Shown: positions 9,652 through 18,747 of the stretch, piece after piece
Position numbering within the stretch: the first letter of the stretch is position 1
How the letters are laid out: every line of letters begins with the position of its first letter
IMG/VR virus record: IMGVR_UViG_3300025803_002109
DNA: 64,000 nucleotides
Reading direction: 5' to 3' (one strand)
Source of the DNA: an uncultured virus (IMG/VR IMGVR_UViG_3300025803_002109)
Taxonomy: Duplodnaviria > Heunggongvirae > Uroviricota > Caudoviricetes
Translations under genes and position numbers: made by a program
Notes under the pieces: generated by a model
The model's input: only the letters and a program-made list of their open reading frames with translations
Databases searched by the model: none
Told to the model about the DNA's origin: nothing

Positions 9652-11541
9652 ATGCGTGGATCATATCAATGTTGTATTTGTGAAAATAATTTTTCTGGAT
9701 ACGGTCATAATCCTCAGCCAATAGACGATACTGAAGGGGCACGATGTTGTGATAGATGTAATTCTAGCGTAGTGATCCCAGCCAGATTGAAAAATTATAT
9801 TCTTGGATCGGAATCTTCAGATAAAGAAGATGCGTGGGGTTTGGAAAAAAGTAGTGCTATCTTAGCCGGAGTTTTCGGAATTGCCCTAGAAGGATTATTG
9901 AATCGTTTAGAAGATTCAGTAGTCGACTTAATGTCGGGCGAAGATAAACCTCATGAAGTAGCATATTATACAGATTGTATTGATTATCTTTGTAGTGGTA
10001 TGGCTGACACTCTTGAAGCCAACTCTGAAGAAATGGATCCTGCAATTGTAGGTTCGATAGTAAGTATGCTAACTATGACTGCCGTAAAGATATCTTCCTA
10101 TGAACAAATTCCAGAAATCAAAATGGCAATGGATCATTTAGATAGTGACTCTGAAGAATCTTCTGATGCTATTGCAGAGATCGTTGCCGAAGAAACTAAT
10201 GAGTTCGGAGAATCTTTAGATATCGATATGTGGTCTGCTGAAGGATCTGGAAAAATTGATAAGTGTCCTGTTTGTGAAGGAACTCAAGTTCTAGAGCAGA
10301 TGGAAATGAAAACTTCTGACTTATGTCTAGGACATAGTGATGCTTTTGATGATTTAAATTTGGATGTTCCCTATGCCGCAGAAGATTCTGAAGAATGCAG
10401 CACCGAAGGGTGTGAAAATGAAGCCGGTTATTTTGACAAGGCCAAAACAATTCCAATTCCAAAAGGCATTTGTAAGCGTTGTTTCATTCGCCCTATCAAT
10501 CCCGAAACCGCCCAAGAATTAAGAGTGATGAGGCGACAAGAGAATTCATACAGAGCAGAAGAAGATGAAGAAAAAGATTTGGATATAGATAGATCCTCAG
10601 TCACTCGCCGAGAATCTATAAGAGAGTCTCCAGAGTATTATGTTCATAGTCTGGATGAATATTTCGGACCTTATTATTCTATAGAAGATGCAGAAGATGG
10701 CGTAGAAAGATTAGTATCTAAAGGAATTTATATTATTGGCATAACTAAAGGTCAAAATGAGTGGATACAAGATCTTACTGAGCAAGAAGCAGAATCCTTC
10801 GGTTCTGAAGGCCAAGTAAGTAGTTGCTCCGGTAATGTATATCTTGATGATTGGGATTTCGATTATGAGGGATTTGATAATAAAAAACAGATTAACATTA
10901 ATGACCCCAATCTGGACATCGAAGATGTAGTGTCTCCAGACATAAAAGCCACTATTTGTTGTAGTTCCAGTGGTGAGTGTCAAGAACAAATATTTGACAT
11001 AGATCAAGTATTAGAAATAATTTATGAGAAAGAACTTTCATTAAATGATCTTGCGAAAGCAGGTGTAATGGAAGAAATTCTAGAAGAAATGGGACTGAAC
11101 TGGGATGAAGAAATAGGTTATTCTGCCGAAAGTTACCAGGGTCAAATTGGAGATATAGAAAGTATTTCTCGTTGGATGAGAAACACCGCAAATGCCGGAA
11201 CAGATTATGATGATTGGTATTGGGATGGTGAAAAACTAATGGTTTATGCGGTCGACCCTATTGCTGGAATAGATACGGAAGAAGAATATACTAAAGCAGA
11301 TCTAATGGAATTAGGAGTATTAGAAGATATGTTCCCTAATATGGATGAGTTTTCTGAGGGTGAAGAATTTTCTGCAGAAACTATAGAAAAGTTTTTCGAA
11401 CAAATTGAAGCCTTGCTTAACAAAACGGCTGGCAATTCTTGGAGTTTAGATTCTGATGGTTATCCAGAGGAAAATCCACCTAAAGTAAATATCAACATTT
11501 CTATGGAGCCTGAGTCTCCAGAATTCTTCGAAGGTCTTTAA
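9652..11541 (+). CDS. Acidic modular protein with Zn fingers and repeated [FYW]-x-[AS]-E motifs
   Basis: TTATATAG at 9623; N-terminal CCIC...GHNP.P...CCDRCN finger; WSAE, YAAE, YRAE, FGSE, YSAE, FSAE. Confidence 0.85.
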   Translation: MRGSYQCCICENNFSGYGHNPQPIDDTEGARCCDRCNSSVVIPARLKNYILGSESSDKEDAWGLEKSSAILAGVFGIALEGLLNRLEDSVVDLMSGEDKPHEVAYYTDCIDYLCSGMADTLEANSEEMDPAIVGSIVSMLTMTAVKISSYEQIPEIKMAMDHLDSDSEESSDAIAEIVAEETNEFGESLDIDMWSAEGSGKIDKCPVCEGTQVLEQMEMKTSDLCLGHSDAFDDLNLDVPYAAEDSEECSTEGCENEAGYFDKAKTIPIPKGICKRCFIRPINPETAQELRVMRRQENSYRAEEDEEKDLDIDRSSVTRRESIRESPEYYVHSLDEYFGPYYSIEDAEDGVERLVSKGIYIIGITKGQNEWIQDLTEQEAESFGSEGQVSSCSGNVYLDDWDFDYEGFDNKKQININDPNLDIEDVVSPDIKATICCSSSGECQEQIFDIDQVLEIIYEKELSLNDLAKAGVMEEILEEMGLNWDEEIGYSAESYQGQIGDIESISRWMRNTANAGTDYDDWYWDGEKLMVYAVDPIAGIDTEEEYTKADLMELGVLEDMFPNMDEFSEGEEFSAETIEKFFEQIEALLNKTAGNSWSLDSDGYPEENPPKVNINISMEPESPEFFEGL

Positions 11542-11601
11542 GCCATAACTACTTGCTCAAAGTATATATAGGTAGTTGCCATAATTAGATAATAGATTTC
11601 T

Positions 11602-11895
11602 ATGGCAGTTCCAGATTATAAAGATGCAGTTTGGCTAAAGAATGCTTACTTGCATAAGAAACAAACTATGAATGCTATTGCTAGTTCTTGTGGAGTATCT
11701 CCAATGACTATTCAAAATTGGTTAGATAGACATCAAATTCCAACTCGTCCTCGTGGTCGCACAGTTGCTTCATCTGTGGCTCCTCCTCGACTGCGAACTC
11801 AAGGATACGTCACTATATCTATTAAAGAATATGATAACTTGAAGCAAGCCAAACTTAGATTAGAAAATCTAAATAATCAAACTATAATGGAGTGA
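11602..11895 (+). CDS. Helix-turn-helix DNA-binding protein
   Basis: YKDAVWLKNAY...TMNAIASSCGVSPMTIQNWLDRHQIPTR. Confidence 0.8.
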   Translation: MAVPDYKDAVWLKNAYLHKKQTMNAIASSCGVSPMTIQNWLDRHQIPTRPRGRTVASSVAPPRLRTQGYVTISIKEYDNLKQAKLRLENLNNQTIME

Positions 11896-12689
11896 ATGAT
11901 ATGATGAAATCTCAATCTGAAGAAAATGATTCCTTAGTTATTGGTAATTTTTCGGCTACTCTATCTGCAGGTCATGCTAAAGATTTGTTAAAAGGTTTGG
12001 AATCTCTGGGCGATCAAACAATATTTACTTTCTCTGCTGATAAAGGATTGGAAACCGGAATGGTTTCTAATGACGTTTCTACTTTAATTCGTTGTCAACT
12101 GGTTCCCGAACTTTTTGAAGAATATACATTTGTAGGAGATGCTCCTATAAAACTAGGAGTAGTTTTAGAAAGAGTAAAAGATATCACTAAAACATTGACT
12201 ACTAAAGATACCTTAAAATTTGTCTATGATTCTAAACAACCTAATATCCTTCTGATAGATGCAAATAATATGCGAAGAACTATTAGACTAGTTAAACTAG
12301 GGTTGCTAAAAGAAGTTCCTGTAATGCCCATTCCCGAAAATGGATGGGATTATAATTTTGATATACCTCTAAAATCTGTAAAAGATTATCTTAAAGCAGT
12401 GCCCAAAGGATTTTCAGAATTCAGTGTAATTGTAAATAAAAGTTTGGAAACTTTTACTCTATTGACTAGTGGAGAGTCTCCTATAGAACTTTCTTTAGTT
12501 CCTGAAAATTGGAATTGCACTGGCGATTCACGAACTCACTATGGCGTAGAAAAATTAGCCGCCGGAATTTCGATGGCTAAGAAAACCAATGCCACCATTT
12601 ATGGCGGAGATAGTTTGCCAGTTCTGATACAATGGAATCATGCTGAGAACTTTAAGTGCGAATGCGGGGTTGCACCCCGAATGAAGTAG
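11892..12689 (+). CDS. pcn: PCNA sliding clamp (divergent, archaeal type)
   Basis: About 250-aa core; L.PELFEEY, LGVVLERV..I.K, YGVEKL, LPVLIQW, terminal VAPR (canonical LAPR). Confidence 0.8.
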   Translation: MNDMMKSQSEENDSLVIGNFSATLSAGHAKDLLKGLESLGDQTIFTFSADKGLETGMVSNDVSTLIRCQLVPELFEEYTFVGDAPIKLGVVLERVKDITKTLTTKDTLKFVYDSKQPNILLIDANNMRRTIRLVKLGLLKEVPVMPIPENGWDYNFDIPLKSVKDYLKAVPKGFSEFSVIVNKSLETFTLLTSGESPIELSLVPENWNCTGDSRTHYGVEKLAAGISMAKKTNATIYGGDSLPVLIQWNHAENFKCECGVAPRMK

Positions 12690-12730
12690 AATTAAACTTA
12701 ATAAATTAAATTAATAGGAGAGAAAAACTT

Positions 12731-12955
12731 ATGAGAACTAAACCTACCAACTATCAAGCCGCTAAACAACTAGTGCAACCTGGCGAACATATTACAGTTA
12801 GTCAATTAATTAGTCGTCTTCTAGATTCTGGTCGCCGAGAATTACCTACTAAAAGAGAATTAAGTGCTCGTATGACTAAGGATCCCGAATTTTTAATTAT
12901 TACTCGTTCCAATGGTAATCAACCTACTGTCTTTATGAGATCTAATAAATTTTAA
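12731..12955 (+). CDS. Small winged-helix-like protein
   Basis: ITVSQLISRL...PTKRELSARM...F..beta-hairpin; GGAG Shine-Dalgarno. Confidence 0.6.
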   Translation: MRTKPTNYQAAKQLVQPGEHITVSQLISRLLDSGRRELPTKRELSARMTKDPEFLIITRSNGNQPTVFMRSNKF

Positions 12956-13014
12956 TTTCATTAATGCAGTCATTCCAAGTCTCAAATCCATTTCTTTGTT
13001 TTTATTATATTTCT

Positions 13015-13054
13015 CCTACTGCGAGGGTCAAAAACCGCCGGTAGCGGCAGTAGG
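13015..13054. promoter_or_regulatory. Inverted repeat enclosing palindromic operator candidate GCCGGTAGCGGC upstream of RNR
   Basis: CCTACTGC (13015-22) / GCAGTAGG (13047-54); 12-mer at 13037-48 ends 15 nt before TTAAATAA at 13063. Confidence 0.4.
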
Positions 13055-13102
13055 GCGAAGCCTTAAATAACTGAACACCACCATGCTAAAGTCTGTGATA
13101 TT

Positions 13103-15121
13103 ATGACCGCCGAAGAAAACCCAACCAGCACCGAAGACAACTCTACCCACTATCAACCTCTCGATTTTGCCAACACTATTTTTCAGCAAAGATATTCTTT
13201 AGGAGGAGAAGAAGATTGGGCAGACTCTTGTAAAAGAGTTGCTAATTATATTGCTGCTGCCGAAGTAAATGGATCCCGATCCAAATGGGAAGAAAGATTT
13301 TTCCATTCTTTAGTTCACAATCATTTTATTCCTGGAGGAAGGATTTGGTATGGTGCGGGTCGTCCCAAAGGTCAATTACTAAATTGTTTCGTAGTTCCTA
13401 CCGAAGACTCTAGAGAAGGTTGGGGTAAAACTGTTTCCGATATGTTAATCATTTCAGGAACTGGAGGAGGCGTAGGAATGAATTTCTCTCCTATCCGCCC
13501 TCGTGGAACTAGTATTCAAGGAACTGGTGGAGAAGCCACTGGTGCGGTATCACTCATGGAAGTTATTAATCAGACTGGAGAAGTTATCAAGTCTGGTGGC
13601 GGTCGCCGAACTGCTTTAATGTTATGTTTAGATTATAGTCACGGAGACATCATGGAATTTCTACACAAGAAATTTAATAAAGTCGCCCTAGAAACTGTAG
13701 AAGAAATCGATGAAGCCTTAACTACGGCTTTTCCATATTTGCCTCCGGCAGAACGCAGTAATATGTTGACCGCTATTGCGGGAGATGTAGAAAATAATTC
13801 TGAACTAAACCTTTCTGATTCTGAAGTTCTGAGAACTATTTTAAGACCGCTGATCAAACACGAAAAAGATCAGATATTAAAGAATGCTAATATATCTGTG
13901 CTAGTAGATGATGACTTCTTTGCTGCGGTCGAAGCCGATGAAGAAATCCAAATTACTTGGAGAGGTAATGAAGTTAGTTCTTACCGTGCCAAAGATCTCT
14001 GGGATTTATTAATTCAGAATGCATGGGAATCCGGAGAACCTGGAATTCTAAATATTGGTTTAGCCAATAAAATGAATAACATTCATTATCATAAGCCATT
14101 GATTTCCACTAATCCTTGTGGAGAGATTTGGTTAGAAGCCTATGGATGCTGTGATTTAGGAGCCATTAATTTGAGCAATCACATTGCCTACGACAGCAAC
14201 GGAAATCCAGATTTTGATTGGGAATTATTGGCCTCTACTATCACTACTGGAGTTAGATTTTTAGATAATGTGCTAGACGTAAATAATTATCCTCTGGCAG
14301 AGATCGAAAAGAATTGTAGAGAGGTTCGAAGAATCGGATTAGGAGTTATGGGATTAGGTCATGCTTTAGTAAAATTAGGATTACCTTATAACCGAGCCGA
14401 AGGTCGAAAGAAGGTAGACAAATTATTTAACTTTATCAAAAAGATTTCCTATGAAACCTCTACTTACCTTTCGGCAGAAAAAGGTTGTTTCCCCGCCTTC
14501 GATGCTGAACAATTTTTGGCCTCTGGTTTTTGTGAAACCCTTCCTAAGTCCATCAGATCTAAAATTGCAGAATATGGAATGCGAAATTGTGCCGTGCTAA
14601 CTATTGCTCCTACTGGAACTACTAGTTTAGTTGCCGGAACTAGTTCTGGTATTGAACCTATATTTGCGGCCGGATATTCTCGAACTTATTATGCTGACTC
14701 AGAAAACTCAAACGAGAGGGTCTTGAAGACAGAAGTGGTTATTGACCCCTTGTTCCAAGAATTATGGGCGGCTACTAATGGCAGTGATCAAGAACTTTTA
14801 GAGAAATCCTTTTTAGGTGCCATGGATATTGGAGTGGAAGATCATTTGAGAATGCAAGTAGTTTGTCAGAAACATATTGATAACGCAGTTTCAAAAACTA
14901 TCAACTTACCTCATGAGTATCCAATTGAAGATTTCAGCAATATGATGTTGAAATATGGTCCTCAACTAAAAGGAACAACTGTATATCGTTCTGGAAGCCG
15001 AGGTAATGAACCTTTGACTCCTATGAAAGCATCCGAAGCCATTGAATATTTGAATAAACAATATGAATTTGAAGTGGCGGCTGCTATGTCTGATTGTCCT
15101 TCGGGAATTTGTCAAATATAA
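13103..15121 (+). CDS. nrdJ: Class II (adenosylcobalamin-dependent) ribonucleotide reductase
   Basis: PGGR, LLNCFV, GGGVG, RRTA, TNPCGE, CDLG, GLGVMG, APTGT, SSGIEP, SKTIN, KGTTVYR, C-terminal CPSGIC; no small subunit nearby. Confidence 0.9.
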   Translation: MTAEENPTSTEDNSTHYQPLDFANTIFQQRYSLGGEEDWADSCKRVANYIAAAEVNGSRSKWEERFFHSLVHNHFIPGGRIWYGAGRPKGQLLNCFVVPTEDSREGWGKTVSDMLIISGTGGGVGMNFSPIRPRGTSIQGTGGEATGAVSLMEVINQTGEVIKSGGGRRTALMLCLDYSHGDIMEFLHKKFNKVALETVEEIDEALTTAFPYLPPAERSNMLTAIAGDVENNSELNLSDSEVLRTILRPLIKHEKDQILKNANISVLVDDDFFAAVEADEEIQITWRGNEVSSYRAKDLWDLLIQNAWESGEPGILNIGLANKMNNIHYHKPLISTNPCGEIWLEAYGCCDLGAINLSNHIAYDSNGNPDFDWELLASTITTGVRFLDNVLDVNNYPLAEIEKNCREVRRIGLGVMGLGHALVKLGLPYNRAEGRKKVDKLFNFIKKISYETSTYLSAEKGCFPAFDAEQFLASGFCETLPKSIRSKIAEYGMRNCAVLTIAPTGTTSLVAGTSSGIEPIFAAGYSRTYYADSENSNERVLKTEVVIDPLFQELWAATNGSDQELLEKSFLGAMDIGVEDHLRMQVVCQKHIDNAVSKTINLPHEYPIEDFSNMMLKYGPQLKGTTVYRSGSRGNEPLTPMKASEAIEYLNKQYEFEVAAAMSDCPSGICQI

Positions 15122-15179
15122 ATTATGGTGTGATGTTACTTATTAAGTAGTAGGGCATATCATTTTTTAACTGATAATA

Positions 15180-17078
15180 ATGCTTAGTAGTAGGGTATTA
15201 GTAGGTATTTCATTAGCCGTTTGGAATAGTTTTGCGGCTTATCAAGTTGCCAGTTCAACGGCCGCTGGAGAAATGGGCAATCCTAAAACTTATGGTTATG
15301 GATTAGCATTCACTACTGGGCTGACTGCTCTTTGGATCTGGAGTGGAATTTTAGATAAAAAATCTCTAGCACTAGACCCAGAAAACTTTTCTGGAGTTAC
15401 GGGCTCCGAGGATCCGGAAAAAGAAAATTTAGAATTTAAGTTTACTTCTACTTTGGAAGCATTAAATTATGCTCGCTGGAAAGAAATTATAGGTGCAGAT
15501 ATTTACAAAGAAGGTGCTTGGGAATTAATACAGAATGAAGAGGCTAAATCAAAAGAAACTGGTAAACCAGTATCCAAAAATAAAATAAAAAATAAAGTTC
15601 TAGCACTAGCAGCCGAGGATCCGGATTATATTCCTAGAATAGAAGAATCTTTTGACGAACTTCGATTTCCTCGAAAACTAAGTATTAATTATGGAGCCAA
15701 TCGGGAAAGTAATCTGGATCTAGTGATTCCGCCTAATATTAAATACGATGGTGTAGTCGAAGAAGCAGTATTTTTAACTGGTAGTGGCAAAACTGAAGTT
15801 ACCATCGGATTATCATTTTTACAAGAAACCAGTGCCGGAACTTATTATCCCTTTGTATTAAAAATTAAAGGCCAGGGAAATGATTATACTCAAGCCACTA
15901 GAAGTTTACAAAAGAATGTAAATTTTGTTTTGAATACTGAACCTTGGGATGCCTCTGGAGGCACACCCATAGATATAGATAATGATGGAATTTATGATTT
16001 AGTTTTAGATCCTCGAGGAAATATTAAGAAACCCTGGTGGACCGAAAAAAGATCCGAGGAAAGTTGGGATGATGAAGTCCCAAATTGGGCTGAATCTGCA
16101 ACAAAAAATCTTCCGGAAATTCCCTGGAATTTAGAATATGTTCCTAATGCTAGACTATCCAAAGATTCTTGGTCGCTAGGATCTCCAGCAAAATCTTCTG
16201 ATCAAGATATTCAAAAACTAGAAAAAGAAATTAGACAAAATATTCATACTAATCAGTTTCTAGAAGTAGGCTGTCCAATTTGCGGTAGTATCAATCAATT
16301 TACTAGAAAAGTTTCCGACAACGGAATTCGATACAATTGTCAAGATTGTATGTATACTTCTGGAGAACATTATGTATCCTTAAAATCCAGAGGAGATAAA
16401 ACTTTGGCCGACTTTGGAATGAATACGCAATGTGGAGTTTGCGGAGAATCCGTTAAAGCATATACTAACTCTCAATTTAAAAGACATTTGAAATCACACC
16501 AGCAGGAAAAAAATCTGGGATCGGAATCTAGAAAGGATCCCGGATCCAGTTACTTCAAAAACTTTTCTGCCGAAAAGAAATCTAATCCAACCAGTCTCCA
16601 AAAAACTTATGGAAAGAAAGGAGCCCGGATCCGCCGTAGAATTAAAAAAGAATTAATGGAAGAAAATATTTTTGGAACTAAGTCTGGACAATGGTCTGCT
16701 CGTAAATCTCAAGAATTAAAACGCCGTTATGAATCTGCTATGAATTCTAAAGGATTAAAACCATATGCAAGTTCTGCACGATCATCTTCACAAAAAGATT
16801 TGTCCCGTTGGACCAAACAAGATTGGTCTACTGCATCGGGTAAAAAATCTTCAGTTACGGGAGAACCTTACTTCCCTGCCAAAGCAGTGGCCGCTTTGAA
16901 GAAAGCCAAATTATACAAGAAAGCAAGATCTCAAAAAAGAAAAGCCACGAGATTAGGTAAACAACGTGCCACCTATACTCCAGACATTCAAGCCATTGTC
17001 GCCAATTATAGATCCGAGGAAAATCAACCAGACATTCAAAAAGTTTTAGAGTTACCTCTGGAGGGAAGATTTGAGTGA
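15180..17078 (+). CDS. Mosaic membrane protein: 2 N-terminal TM, Zn fingers, basic DUF5872-like domain
   Basis: CPIC/CQDC ribbon, C2H2-like CGVC...H...H, GQWSARKSQ...LSRWTKQDW.T.SGK.S..TGE.Y.P.KA. Confidence 0.8.
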   Translation: MLSSRVLVGISLAVWNSFAAYQVASSTAAGEMGNPKTYGYGLAFTTGLTALWIWSGILDKKSLALDPENFSGVTGSEDPEKENLEFKFTSTLEALNYARWKEIIGADIYKEGAWELIQNEEAKSKETGKPVSKNKIKNKVLALAAEDPDYIPRIEESFDELRFPRKLSINYGANRESNLDLVIPPNIKYDGVVEEAVFLTGSGKTEVTIGLSFLQETSAGTYYPFVLKIKGQGNDYTQATRSLQKNVNFVLNTEPWDASGGTPIDIDNDGIYDLVLDPRGNIKKPWWTEKRSEESWDDEVPNWAESATKNLPEIPWNLEYVPNARLSKDSWSLGSPAKSSDQDIQKLEKEIRQNIHTNQFLEVGCPICGSINQFTRKVSDNGIRYNCQDCMYTSGEHYVSLKSRGDKTLADFGMNTQCGVCGESVKAYTNSQFKRHLKSHQQEKNLGSESRKDPGSSYFKNFSAEKKSNPTSLQKTYGKKGARIRRRIKKELMEENIFGTKSGQWSARKSQELKRRYESAMNSKGLKPYASSARSSSQKDLSRWTKQDWSTASGKKSSVTGEPYFPAKAVAALKKAKLYKKARSQKRKATRLGKQRATYTPDIQAIVANYRSEENQPDIQKVLELPLEGRFE

Positions 17079-17485
17079 AAAAAGATTGGTTAAAACAACT
17101 TCATGAAGATCATGATGTGTCTAAAAATGATTTTTTATTTACTGATTGGATGCCCGCCATTACAATGGTTATTATTATTTTATTGGCGTTTGCCGGAGAC
17201 TCTGGAGAAATGCGCCGAAATAATTTAACTAGTTCTATCTCTGAATGTGAATTTTATGAAGGAGAAATAGTTTCTAAAGAATCAGGAGATAGTAAACCGC
17301 ACACCTTATTTGTAGTTTCTAATATTGGAAATTATGCAGTCTATGTTACCGAGACTACTTATGATTCAGTCGAAGTAAATGATAATTATTCTGGATTAGT
17401 CTGTAATTCCGATAGTGTTTTATTTCAATTTTTCGGATTCCTTTTTGAAAATCGACCGCAGATAATAGATCTAAGTGGAAACTAG
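17075..17485 (+). CDS. Membrane-anchored protein
   Basis: GTGA overlap with upstream stop; one TM then small beta domain. Confidence 0.7.
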   Translation: MKKDWLKQLHEDHDVSKNDFLFTDWMPAITMVIIILLAFAGDSGEMRRNNLTSSISECEFYEGEIVSKESGDSKPHTLFVVSNIGNYAVYVTETTYDSVEVNDNYSGLVCNSDSVLFQFFGFLFENRPQIIDLSGN

Positions 17486-17540
17486 TTCTATGTTAGTTTT
17501 CATTAGCCAAGAACCTAAATGTGCTATCCGCCCCAATCCA

Positions 17541-17557
17541 GAGGAAGTAAGGAGGGT
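17541..17557 (+). repeat. 17-bp element GAGGAAGTAAGGAGGGT, copy 1 of 4
   Basis: Exact copies at 17541, 29304, 47206, 60708. Confidence 0.9.
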
Positions 17558-17590
17558 TTTGAAGCCATAGGCTTTAAAGAAGAATATAAA

Positions 17591-17800
17591 GGCGGACCGG
17601 GAATGTGGGATTACACACTCCAAATGGCGCAAGGCTCTCCGTTGCATCTTTGCCATTACTGCTCACCCGGATTTTAACCGGCGATTCTCTCCACTTGGCC
17701 GTCATCGGAGGGTCTGTTTCCCTCGTCTATTGCATACCTTAACCTCACCTAATCGGTTTATTCAGTCACGGTCCTCGCCCACAGTCTTAAGTTGTGGGCT
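17591..17800 (-). ncRNA. Structured ncRNA of about 210 nt, manA-motif-like
   Basis: Own TTAAATAG box (17830-17823, - strand); 5' hairpin GCCCACA/TGTGGGC; GGACCG pairs with 3' CGGTCC; T-rich tail; GTGACTGAATAAAC...GGTTAAGGT and AGTAATG segments recall manA RNAs (from memory). Confidence 0.65.
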
Positions 17801-17920
17801 AATCTTGACTTATGGTGATGACCTATTTAATAGTATGCTTGTTACTAAGTGTTATCTTGCCGACTTCATAATAAGTTAATCATTATATAGTCGGTCGGGA
17901 AATCTACTGAATACCTAAAG

Positions 17921-18154
17921 GTGAATATAATGATAGATGCTGTAATTGATTTTGCTATGAACCCAAAAATACTAGCCGGAACTATGTTCCTTCTTGGTCT
18001 ACACCAGTTTGACTTCCAGAAGGATATCCCAGTGATAGGATTCTTTAGCCGAAGTAACTTCGGTGATATGGATCTTTTTATGGGAATAACCCCGCTAAAG
18101 GCTTTGGGGGCTATTGCTCTTATTGACGGATTCTTATTGCTTCGATCTCTATAA
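17921..18154 (+). CDS. Small membrane protein
   Basis: Two hydrophobic segments; AGGTGA Shine-Dalgarno suggests a start a few codons in. Confidence 0.7.
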   Translation: MNIMIDAVIDFAMNPKILAGTMFLLGLHQFDFQKDIPVIGFFSRSNFGDMDLFMGITPLKALGAIALIDGFLLLRSL

Positions 18155-18198
18155 ATAGAGAATTGAATTGATAGTTTCTGTAATGAAGGTGAATAACC

Positions 18199-18375
18199 AT
18201 GAATGCTTTGGAATTTGAAACAACTTGTTCGAGACTCTCGGATAATGTTGCGGAGGGCGTATTGCTTACTGATTCCTTGAAAGCCGCTACTTCTGCACAG
18301 CATAACTGTCTAACTCGTATTCACGCCGTATTGATGAAGTGGGGGTCGTCAAACGATGTCCAACCGAAAGAGTAG
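18199..18375 (+). CDS. 58-aa hypothetical protein (not in ORF track)
   Basis: AGGTGA Shine-Dalgarno; MNALEFETTCSRLSDNVAEG...QPKE. Confidence 0.55.
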   Translation: MNALEFETTCSRLSDNVAEGVLLTDSLKAATSAQHNCLTRIHAVLMKWGSSNDVQPKE

Positions 18376-18691
18376 GACTTCTGACGATGATGTTGCACAA
18401 GAGTTCGTGCAAGATCTTTTAGAATTAGTTACCCAGTCGATCGTGGCTAATGAACATACCAATGCCGCCATTATTCGTTTACAAGAACAACAAAAAGTTA
18501 CTGCAGACGATCTCAAACAATTATTAACTTTAGTTCGAGATGGCAATGGTCGCCCACCTTTAATTTCTCGTTTAGAAGCATTAGAGCGAACTGAACAAGA
18601 TATTCAAAAGAAAAACGCTATGTCTTGGGAAATCCTTTTGGTTGCTTTACCAGGGATCCTAGCATTTTTATCTACTATGGGTGCTATGTAG
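18356..18691 (+). CDS. Coiled-coil protein with C-terminal TM (tail-anchored)
   Basis: GNGRPPLISRLEALER then WEILLVALPGILAFLSTMGAM-stop. Confidence 0.75.
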   Translation: MSNRKSRTSDDDVAQEFVQDLLELVTQSIVANEHTNAAIIRLQEQQKVTADDLKQLLTLVRDGNGRPPLISRLEALERTEQDIQKKNAMSWEILLVALPGILAFLSTMGAM

Positions 18692-18747
18692 GTCTTGAAT
18701 ACATTTAGACATCTATATCATCATTCTTATGATGTGAAAGATCATGG

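Noticed and set aside
13660..13880. Intein in the RNR insertion
   Set aside because: Only about 60 aa and lacks the Cys/Ser start and His-Asn end.
17591..17800. tRNA, tmRNA, RNase P or SRP RNA identity; also the overlapping 61-aa ORF 17471-17656
   Set aside because: No cloverleaf or T-loop, no GAGGAAAGUCC, no clear SRP helix-8 motif. The ORF starts mid-structure and lacks start signals.
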